IMG/VR virus record: IMGVR_UViG_3300031555_003590
Location: 1-64,000 of that record
Length of the DNA stretch: 64,000 bases
From: a virus
Lineage: Duplodnaviria > Caudoviricetes
Reading direction: 5' to 3' (one strand)
Part shown: positions 55,581 through 64,000 of the stretch, one piece after another
How positions within the stretch are numbered: position 1 is the first letter of the stretch
Layout: each line of letters opens with the position of its first letter
The notes under the pieces: generated by a model
Seen by the model: the letters and a program-made list of their open reading frames with translations, nothing else
Told to the model about the DNA's origin: nothing
The model's database searches: none
Made by a program: the position numbers and the translations under genes

Positions 55581-58500
55581 ATGCGTAATGATATGTACGA
55601 AAATAACTGGAGTCCATTTGATCCACAATGGTATTCAGCTGCTTTTGATCAGTTTGTTAGTACAGCTGATCAATTATTCAATCAGAATTTGATCATACAA
55701 CAAGGTTTCAAACTACCAGATGCTGATGGTTCTAGATCATCAGTATTTAGAAATGAAGCTGTATTAAATAATTCATTTAATGAACAAAAACTACGTGAAA
55801 CTCTAAAAGATATTTATTTAAACTCTACACACAAATTGATTGCTAGTAATCATGATAACACACATTTTTATCAATGGCATGGTTATATGTCAGATATGGA
55901 ATTAATCCCAAATACTAATATGTGTCAATTTAAAATTCCTACTGAAACATTTATCTATCCTAAAGAGCGAGATAAATATAAATTATCTCAATTCTATAAT
56001 ACTTGGATTAAACCTGAAGATATACTAAATAATTGGGAAGTATTTAAATGGCATTGTTTATTATTTATTGATCAACGTATCTATTCTGATTATGAATTAT
56101 ATATGGATGATCATGAAACTATTATTAGATTTAAATACTATGATTATTGGGTTAAAGTAAATCATTCTGTATATATTTATAAATTTGATACAAATGCTTC
56201 TTGTAGAATTAAAATTACTAGAGAATTATGTAAAAATCAATGGAATTGGAAATTACCAATTTCTTATATTGATAATAAGAAAATTGTTAATTTTAATAAT
56301 ATAATGGTAGCATTTAATAAAATTAGTGATACTACAATTCGTAAAGACGGATTAACTCATGTAGATGTTTTAGGTGATAATTTAGAATTTTTAAAAATTG
56401 AAGATGGATATATTGATTTATCTAAAATTAGTAATTTTAATAAAATTCTAATTGAATCTGAATCTACTGAATGGATATGGATGTCTATTATTGTACCTAA
56501 ATTTTTCCATGAGTATCCTATTATATTGCCTACAGATGTTGTATATAGGCCTTATGAAGCTGATCTACGTCCAATTGTTATTTCTGATAGTATGGATATT
56601 AGGCATACTAAAGTTGATACTAATAATGAACGTAAACAAGTGTACGTAGATATGAATGGTAAATTTAATGAAGAACATATTGGATGGAAACAATTAATCA
56701 GGCCAATAGTATTATCAGATGCTTTTGATAATCCATTTGATGAACCTTATACTTCATATATAGGTGAATTAAGTAACCTTAGAGATTTAACTGTAAAAGG
56801 TGCTGATACAATTGAAGAATTCAGATTCTATATGTCAGACAATCCTACTAATGAAGGTATATTAGAATTTGTTGATAAATTAACTAATGATATCAATAAT
56901 ATTCATACTTCATACAATGATTTTTTAATTAAACGACATATGGAAACTGATATGGAGTATGAATATCAATATAAAAAATTTCTTTCAATAATGGATGAAA
57001 TTAAGGAAGATAAATTATATAGCAACTGGTTTATTTATAATAATACTGAAGATGGTAATACAAAAGATTTATGGCATACAATTTCTAATCAAATTTATAC
57101 TCCTAGCGAAATGTATGATAAATATTCATTTGCAAACATTATTCAATCAATGCATAATAATGGTATACTATGGACTGATGCTGATAAATTTATGAATCAA
57201 CATCGATTCCGTAGACCTATTGATGAATTAGATTTTTGGACATTTGAATATGATATTACTAATGAAGTATGGAGACCTTATCATCTAAATGTTACTAGAC
57301 ATTTTCCTGATGTATATATACTAACAGATCCAGCACAAGAAATTCCTTCAACAAATAGAATATTTAAATCATTCTTCTTTTATAGTGATACAATGAATGT
57401 GCTTGATCAAAATGAAGATATTATCCGTGCTACTAGTAGTTGGGATATTGATATGCAAGAATATGAATATGATAAAGGTGCTATTTATCGTGATATCTTT
57501 ATGGAAAAATTTTATTGGATGGGTATTAAATCTATCTATAAAGGAATTACAGAAACTAATTCTAGATGGGAAGTATTGGAGTATGTAATTGATAATCCTT
57601 CATATGAACGTTTCAATCAGCTATTCTTAAATACCATGGATCCATATTTTAAAATGGGATTAGCTACATTTTTAAAGAGTTCTAATTATGAATTTCCATT
57701 TGATGATGCAGTAGATAAAATGAATGAAGCTATTAATCAACAATTCGTAGGTTATAAAAGAATAACTAATTTTGAAACATATCTAAACAAAACCTGGATT
57801 CCATCATATTTTGATTATGTTACAAAAATAATGGATGATTGGGATCCTGGAGATAGATTACTTCATCGTCCTAGATCTTCATTTGATGTTTTACGTTTAT
57901 TACCTCTACTCCTTGATGTTGAAAATAATATTTCAATTGCAGTAGGTACTGTATCTAAAACTTTATCTTGGATTTTAGAAAAATTAAAAGAAGAATCGTA
58001 TAATTTAAATATAGAAAATATTGAAACTATCCAATCTAAAACTGAAGAGATGTTAAATAATATTATTACAGTTTATAAATTTACTAAAGATTTAGATTTA
58101 GATATTTACAGTATTGAAGATTTAAATTATATTATTTCTAAACTTCAGTATCATATGAAACTAACTGATGAGTTAGAACAATTATTTTCAAACTCAAGAC
58201 AAGATATCCAAAATAATAATGTATATGAGAATAAAAAGAATAATTTATTAGAAATTACTAATACTAATTTAGATACTCTTTATAATTATATCATTAATAT
58301 TGGTGGAATGGTTCAAAATTTTGATATGGAAACATTTATGAAATCTATTAATGATCTTACTAGTTATTTTGAATATAATAAAGTCAATCCAAGTGATACT
58401 AGTTTAATTGGTTATATTAATAAATTTAATACACCTTGGTCTATTAATATTAAAGAATTACGTAATAAATTATTCCAATCAACTTCTATTATGTATGGTA

Positions 58501-61500
58501 AATTTGAACCTACTAAAGCTTATACTAATGATGAAGTAATTGAATTTGTTTCTTTAGTTAAGAATGTACAAAATGATCTTATATCATTTATTGATGCTAT
58601 TTCTAAATTCTGGAATGATATGGGATATTCTAAAGATGAAATTATAATTGATAAATTTGATAATGTAACTGAATTGCTTGATAAATTGATTTCAAATCTA
58701 TCCACATATATGAATTCTAGAGAAGAATTATTATCTAATACCAATTTAATATTAAATATCCTCAGTGATATATTAAAATACAATATTAGTGATAAAGAAA
58801 AAGATATTTATAATAATCTCTATGATAATATTAATAATATTATTTTATCTTTATCATATATTGCTGGAAGTAATAATAGAGATGAAGCTTTAAAATATTT
58901 TCAAGAATTTAAAACACATTTAGTGGATTGGAATTCATATTTATCAATAGAAGAAGAGGTATTTACTAAGTTAATTAATTTTACTGAACTTCCAATTGAA
59001 TTTATTGATAGATTACGTAAGGATGAATCTTTACTACAATCAATGTGTGAATATATGGATACTAATAATATACCATATGTTCCTGATACTGATTGGCCAA
59101 CATATTCAGATGTATATACAGTTGATCAGATTGAATTATTAAGTGGAGGATTTAATAATAAATTTGGTGAACTGGTAGTAGTTCCAAATTTAGGATCATA
59201 CAAAATAACAAAACTTGGTGATGATAATGGTACTGCTGAATTAATTGAAGATACTGGATATCGTAATACAGTATTTAGAGATCCAATGATTCAGTCTAAT
59301 CCATATGATACTATTACAAGTGGTAATGGAATGGGTATTACAGTTAAGCCAATTCATTCTAATAGAATCCCCATTATAAATGATGAAGTCATTAGTGTTT
59401 ATATTACTAGAATGCAGAATAGTTCTTATCTAATATCTGAAAATCTAAAAACTCCTAATCCTTATAATAATGATTCATTTACTAATTCACTTAATGGAAT
59501 TAGAGAAATAAAATCTGATTGGGATAATGTTATTAAATCATATACTGATCATATATCTGATAACGCTAGAAATTGTATTAATGAATTAATTAATATTCTA
59601 ATATCACTTATTGAACCTTGTGAGAATTTCATTGATGTTCGTAAAAAAGCTGATTTAGCAGGGTTAATTACTTTAATAGATTCATTTATTACTTCTTGCT
59701 TTAATTTTGCAGATATAAATAATCTTTTGAATACAGATTATTATTACTATGAAGATAGTATAAAAGTTATATTAACTGATTTACAAGAATTTTATGGAAA
59801 TGGCACTACATGGAATGACTCTACAGAACTTAAAAATTTATTAGATTCATCTAAATATCCTATTAGGTTATTCAAAGTTAGAGTAATTGATCAATTTCCT
59901 AATAGTAATGATAAAACTTCAATTATTTCTAAATATGACACTATTATGGAAAAGATTTCTACTATTGAATCTACTTTATCTGAACTTCCTAAACTTTTAA
60001 TCGATATTAATCCAATTATTCGTAATCTTGATAAAAAGATAACCGAAATTCCAAATGATATTATTAAAAATGATATTTGGTATAGAATTAAAATTATTAG
60101 AGTTGCATTAGAAGGTGAAGGGTATAAAATAGGAGATGTTGTATCTATTATTCCTGAGCTGCCAAAAGATTCTGAAGGTAATTATATTCGTGATATGGAA
60201 GACATAATCATGAATGATACAATTCTAGTTAGAGTCACAGAAGTAGTAGATAATAAAGTAACATCACTTGAGCCTATTATGGATTATGCAATACCTTATT
60301 TAATTTGGGGTATTCGTGAAACTAGAACTGTTGTTGGTACTGGTAGGGGATTAACTGTTGATGTATATTCATATCAGTTACAGCTATCTGATAGTAAACT
60401 ATTTGAAAATGAAGAATCAGATATAGCAACATTGCCACAATATAATGAAAATGATATGTTTGTATTCATGTTTGAAAATATTCATGATCTGAATATTCAA
60501 TATGAAATTTTTTATGGTGGTAAACAAATTACAAATTTCTTCCAGAGACATATTAGTAGCACTGATCCTCTCCATCCTACTGGTATTGATGCTATTTATT
60601 TAAATGCAAATGAAGTATCTAATTTAAAGAATTCATCTATTTATATTCCTGCAGAGCATTATTTTATTTATAAACTCGATCATATTACAATTAAAGATCC
60701 AGGTGCAGGATATTCAGTTGGTCAAGAAATATTTGTTGATCTAGAAACTGTTGCATTGAGATTAAAAATTGCAAGTCTTATTTTTGGACCATATAAGGGA
60801 ATTGAATCAGTAGAATTATCTGATGCTAGAATTAGTGTAGATGGTGGCAATCCAAGTTCTGAAAATGCAATGGTTGTAACTGATTCACTCAATAATATTG
60901 ATGATGAATTCAATAACGGATATTATGATCAATTGAATAATGAAGGAATTATTAAAGCAGCTACTAGATCTCTTGATGCTGATAGATATCAATTTATTTC
61001 TAATAGGTTTGATAATTTATCAGATGGGGATCGTAATAAAAATTTTATGTACCCAGATGTAGATATTCCTTTAGTAGAAGATGCCTCTACCAATGGTGAT
61101 CCAGATGATCATTTCTATTTAGGTAGTAGAATTGATAATTCTCAACATCCTATGTCAGATGATCATAAATGGAATGGTATTATGAATATTATTTCTCCTA
61201 CTGATCCATTTATTCCTGATGATAGAAGAATTCCTAATAATAAACCAATTAAAGGTGAATATCAGGAAATTGCACATTTAAGAATTCATAATTCAATTAA
61301 TGAAACTAATACAGATGTAAATAAAATATATAATAAATCTATAAATAATACAGCTATGATAGAAGGTGACTATGTAGTTGATAAATTTTCTCAATTACCT
61401 AAACATTTAAATGATTGGCCTGCTGCTAAAATTGGTAAATGTGTTATTGTTGAAAATGATGAAACTAATAATGGTCATAGAATGATGTACAGATTGAGAA

Positions 61501-63806
61501 CATTTGTTGCTGCTGGATTCTTTGTATACGATCTTCCTGAAATAGCTGATTATAAATGGAATAGTTTCGATATTGACTGGATGAATTGTGATTTTTATCC
61601 TGACCATCCATCTGATAAAACTAAGTATCCTGATGCTAATTGGAATAATTCAAAAACATTTTTATCAATACAACGAGATATTGTAGATGGAAATTATATT
61701 GATCAATTTCCAATTGAAGATTATAACAATACTACTTATATCCATAATATTACACTTGATGATCTTTCTGTTTGGAATGATACTAAACATGAATGGGAAG
61801 ATTTATATGATGAAACAAAATGGAAATTAGAAGTAACTAATGATGATATCAATCAAAAATGGGGATTTAAACTTTCCTATCTTGAAGAAGGAATATATTC
61901 ATATGATATGAAATTGTTTTTGAATAAAGTTCCTGATAATCAAATTAGAAATTCTAAATTAAAACGTAATGCAATTATGGATATAGCCGCATCTATTTCA
62001 GCAGAAGTTGATAATCCTAGTATCAATAGTTCTGTTAATACTGGTAGGCATTTACGTATCAGAAAATTATTCCCATATGAACAAAAAGAAACATTTACAA
62101 TTGGAAAGATGCCTGACGGTGGATATGTTGGTTATATAATGCATTTTAAAGTAAATCCATATATCCATTTTAAAAATGAACTTCATTTAGAAGACGTAAA
62201 AATCTATAATAAAACTGCTGGAAGATTTGAAAATATTCTTGATCCAAAAATGTTTGAGGTTATGTTTAAAGATGATAAAGCAATTGGAACTGGATATGAA
62301 ACTCAAACAAAAATAATTCAAACTGTTATTAGTTATCCTGGATCCGGATTTGTAGATGGTGAAGTTTGGGCATATAATCAAGAATATGGAGTTAGTGTAT
62401 TTGGAACCGTTACTACAAATTATCAAGGTGATGGAAATATTTTAACTTTTACTCCAATTCATACTGTTAATATCCCAACAGAAAGTATTGCATTAGAATT
62501 TCAAGTATTTCAAAGAGATAGTCAAGATCGTAAACAAATGGCTATTGTTACAATTGAATTTAATACTGAAAAAGTACAAGTTATTGGAGATGGATATATT
62601 CATAATGTACAAAATCCATATGCTCCTTTACCTAAAGAATTTAAGATAGTTTGTCAATATGATTTAGATACTCTTTGTGAATATGATGTAATAATTTCTA
62701 AAACTCCAAAACAGTGGAAGTTTATTGAATCAAAATGGATGATATGTCCTACATTCCATCTTCCTGATTATAATATTCAACAGAATAGAGTTTATATTCT
62801 AACTAATAAAGGAAGATTCCCATTACGTAATCCATCAACTGGTAAACCTTCAATCAATGTAATTCAAACTGATGATGGAACTGATGTAACTTTCTTAAAT
62901 TTATATAAACGATATGAACATTTAGAAGTTAGAACAGTTCCATATCCAATGAGATCTGTATATGTACAAAGAAGAATTCCTTCTTCTGGATTCATTGATT
63001 TAGGTGGCAAGATTAATAAACCTCTAAACAAAAAATATTTTGAATTCTGGGTAAATGGTAAATTATTATATGATGAAGTAACTATAATTACTCCTACTAA
63101 GATATTCTTACACGGATTAACATCATTGAAAAATTTAGAAATTATTGAAGTGAATCGAGATCCTAATGAATATTTTAGTGATTCATTTTTAGAGGTTGAA
63201 AATTCTGAACTAGGTAGACCATATTATCATTGGAATTATAAAACGTATTTAGATGATGCATTAGAAGGAGAATTAGAAGGAGATAACTATACACCTGAAG
63301 AACAAGAATATTTGTTATCTCCAGTTTGGAAACAAGTAGCAAAGGATCATCCTGAATTTAAAAATTATCCTCCTAATGTTGATATTGAAGATGATATTTT
63401 AGTACGTGTAGATGAAGATGATGAACCATTAGAAGATTTAGAAGAACCTAGTTATCAGTTTATGATTATCAATACTCCTACTATTGAAAGTCAGCCACTT
63501 ACAGACAGAAGTATTACTTTTGAACGTTTAGGTTTTACTCCAATGACTGATGAAATGATCATTGATATTATGAATGAAGAGTGGGCAGAAGAAATTGGAA
63601 ATGATTCATATTTTCCTGAACATTCTGTAATGACTGATGCTGAATGGTATGGATTAACTGCTAGATTATATGATGAATATGGAATTAGAGTTCATACACT
63701 TAATGAAAGTGCATATTCAATTACTGATAATAATTTATTGAGAATTAATAATAGTAGCAAACTCAGTAGAATTGTAAAAAATAATATTACATATGATCTA
63801 ACATAA
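55581..63806 (+). CDS. Very large virion structural protein (baseplate-like)
   Basis: 2741 aa; recurring GxG(Y/F)xxG(D/E/Q) strands and GxGxG(L/I)TV motifs seen in baseplate wedge proteins; AAGGAGG RBS. Confidence 0.6.
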   Translation: MRNDMYENNWSPFDPQWYSAAFDQFVSTADQLFNQNLIIQQGFKLPDADGSRSSVFRNEAVLNNSFNEQKLRETLKDIYLNSTHKLIASNHDNTHFYQWHGYMSDMELIPNTNMCQFKIPTETFIYPKERDKYKLSQFYNTWIKPEDILNNWEVFKWHCLLFIDQRIYSDYELYMDDHETIIRFKYYDYWVKVNHSVYIYKFDTNASCRIKITRELCKNQWNWKLPISYIDNKKIVNFNNIMVAFNKISDTTIRKDGLTHVDVLGDNLEFLKIEDGYIDLSKISNFNKILIESESTEWIWMSIIVPKFFHEYPIILPTDVVYRPYEADLRPIVISDSMDIRHTKVDTNNERKQVYVDMNGKFNEEHIGWKQLIRPIVLSDAFDNPFDEPYTSYIGELSNLRDLTVKGADTIEEFRFYMSDNPTNEGILEFVDKLTNDINNIHTSYNDFLIKRHMETDMEYEYQYKKFLSIMDEIKEDKLYSNWFIYNNTEDGNTKDLWHTISNQIYTPSEMYDKYSFANIIQSMHNNGILWTDADKFMNQHRFRRPIDELDFWTFEYDITNEVWRPYHLNVTRHFPDVYILTDPAQEIPSTNRIFKSFFFYSDTMNVLDQNEDIIRATSSWDIDMQEYEYDKGAIYRDIFMEKFYWMGIKSIYKGITETNSRWEVLEYVIDNPSYERFNQLFLNTMDPYFKMGLATFLKSSNYEFPFDDAVDKMNEAINQQFVGYKRITNFETYLNKTWIPSYFDYVTKIMDDWDPGDRLLHRPRSSFDVLRLLPLLLDVENNISIAVGTVSKTLSWILEKLKEESYNLNIENIETIQSKTEEMLNNIITVYKFTKDLDLDIYSIEDLNYIISKLQYHMKLTDELEQLFSNSRQDIQNNNVYENKKNNLLEITNTNLDTLYNYIINIGGMVQNFDMETFMKSINDLTSYFEYNKVNPSDTSLIGYINKFNTPWSINIKELRNKLFQSTSIMYGKFEPTKAYTNDEVIEFVSLVKNVQNDLISFIDAISKFWNDMGYSKDEIIIDKFDNVTELLDKLISNLSTYMNSREELLSNTNLILNILSDILKYNISDKEKDIYNNLYDNINNIILSLSYIAGSNNRDEALKYFQEFKTHLVDWNSYLSIEEEVFTKLINFTELPIEFIDRLRKDESLLQSMCEYMDTNNIPYVPDTDWPTYSDVYTVDQIELLSGGFNNKFGELVVVPNLGSYKITKLGDDNGTAELIEDTGYRNTVFRDPMIQSNPYDTITSGNGMGITVKPIHSNRIPIINDEVISVYITRMQNSSYLISENLKTPNPYNNDSFTNSLNGIREIKSDWDNVIKSYTDHISDNARNCINELINILISLIEPCENFIDVRKKADLAGLITLIDSFITSCFNFADINNLLNTDYYYYEDSIKVILTDLQEFYGNGTTWNDSTELKNLLDSSKYPIRLFKVRVIDQFPNSNDKTSIISKYDTIMEKISTIESTLSELPKLLIDINPIIRNLDKKITEIPNDIIKNDIWYRIKIIRVALEGEGYKIGDVVSIIPELPKDSEGNYIRDMEDIIMNDTILVRVTEVVDNKVTSLEPIMDYAIPYLIWGIRETRTVVGTGRGLTVDVYSYQLQLSDSKLFENEESDIATLPQYNENDMFVFMFENIHDLNIQYEIFYGGKQITNFFQRHISSTDPLHPTGIDAIYLNANEVSNLKNSSIYIPAEHYFIYKLDHITIKDPGAGYSVGQEIFVDLETVALRLKIASLIFGPYKGIESVELSDARISVDGGNPSSENAMVVTDSLNNIDDEFNNGYYDQLNNEGIIKAATRSLDADRYQFISNRFDNLSDGDRNKNFMYPDVDIPLVEDASTNGDPDDHFYLGSRIDNSQHPMSDDHKWNGIMNIISPTDPFIPDDRRIPNNKPIKGEYQEIAHLRIHNSINETNTDVNKIYNKSINNTAMIEGDYVVDKFSQLPKHLNDWPAAKIGKCVIVENDETNNGHRMMYRLRTFVAAGFFVYDLPEIADYKWNSFDIDWMNCDFYPDHPSDKTKYPDANWNNSKTFLSIQRDIVDGNYIDQFPIEDYNNTTYIHNITLDDLSVWNDTKHEWEDLYDETKWKLEVTNDDINQKWGFKLSYLEEGIYSYDMKLFLNKVPDNQIRNSKLKRNAIMDIAASISAEVDNPSINSSVNTGRHLRIRKLFPYEQKETFTIGKMPDGGYVGYIMHFKVNPYIHFKNELHLEDVKIYNKTAGRFENILDPKMFEVMFKDDKAIGTGYETQTKIIQTVISYPGSGFVDGEVWAYNQEYGVSVFGTVTTNYQGDGNILTFTPIHTVNIPTESIALEFQVFQRDSQDRKQMAIVTIEFNTEKVQVIGDGYIHNVQNPYAPLPKEFKIVCQYDLDTLCEYDVIISKTPKQWKFIESKWMICPTFHLPDYNIQQNRVYILTNKGRFPLRNPSTGKPSINVIQTDDGTDVTFLNLYKRYEHLEVRTVPYPMRSVYVQRRIPSSGFIDLGGKINKPLNKKYFEFWVNGKLLYDEVTIITPTKIFLHGLTSLKNLEIIEVNRDPNEYFSDSFLEVENSELGRPYYHWNYKTYLDDALEGELEGDNYTPEEQEYLLSPVWKQVAKDHPEFKNYPPNVDIEDDILVRVDEDDEPLEDLEEPSYQFMIINTPTIESQPLTDRSITFERLGFTPMTDEMIIDIMNEEWAEEIGNDSYFPEHSVMTDAEWYGLTARLYDEYGIRVHTLNESAYSITDNNLLRINNSSKLSRIVKNNITYDLT

Positions 63807-63857
63807 AAAGATTAAATTAAAGAGAGGGGATTATCCCCTCTCTTTAATTTTTAATAA

Positions 63858-64000
63858 TTATTTATTGGGGTTAGTTTTCTTATCGACCTTCTTATTAGAA
63901 GTACTACATTCAGTAATAATTTTCTTAGAATTATCCTGAATCATTGTAATGATGCTATCAGATTGTTCCATAATCTTTTTGTCAATATAATCAATTAATT
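63858..64000 (-). CDS. 3' end of a gene entering from outside the window
   Basis: Open frame ...LIDYIDKKIMEQSDSII...KTNPNK*, ending near the hairpin at ~63815-63848. Confidence 0.6.
   Translation of the reverse strand, partial: LIDYIDKKIMEQSDSIITMIQDNSKKIITECSTSNKKVDKKTNPNK

Noticed and set aside
1-64000. CRISPR array, DGR or retron
   Set aside because: No regularly spaced repeat-spacer array and no reverse transcriptase motif in the ORFs. The 101-bp repeat has a single mismatch, not the adenine-specific TR/VR pattern.
1-64000. Stop-codon reassignment
   Set aside because: Genes are long and intact in the standard code; the breaks are explained by introns or frameshifts; no suppressor tRNA was seen.
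1-64000. Uracil-substituted DNA as in AR9/PBS1
   Set aside because: Not visible in sequence, and I recognise no supporting gene in this window.

Overview
AT-rich segment of a jumbo bacteriophage of the phiKZ/AR9(PBS1)-related type, probably infecting a Firmicutes/Clostridia host (inference). Hallmarks: a multisubunit RNA-polymerase beta-like gene, an N-terminal-half (split) family-B DNA polymerase, GyrB, a T4-type primase, a PhuZ/TubZ tubulin, a 2736-aa tape-measure-like protein with M23 and tail-lysozyme domains, and a 2741-aa virion protein. Four group I introns can be mapped to the nucleotide from P1/P10 pairings and restored motifs: one in the RNAP gene, two in gyrB (one with an HNH endonuclease) and one in tRNA-Leu(UAA). 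The first 12 kb is a mosaic array of paralogous tail-fibre/tip cassettes. It has in-frame high-GC patches, shared direct repeats, a chaperone pseudogene, and a tip gene frameshifted at a G7 tract (candidate phase-variation switch). The 44.9-47.3 kb minus-strand tRNA operon holds 5 tRNAs (Ile2, Leu, Asn, Gln, Lys) interleaved with a free-standing HNH gene, an orphan tRNA half, degenerate tRNA-like elements and several unidentified structured RNAs, including a ~370-nt pseudoknotted one. That operon and the tail-cassette array are the best candidates for an undescribed system. All calls are from reading motifs by eye; no database searches were run.
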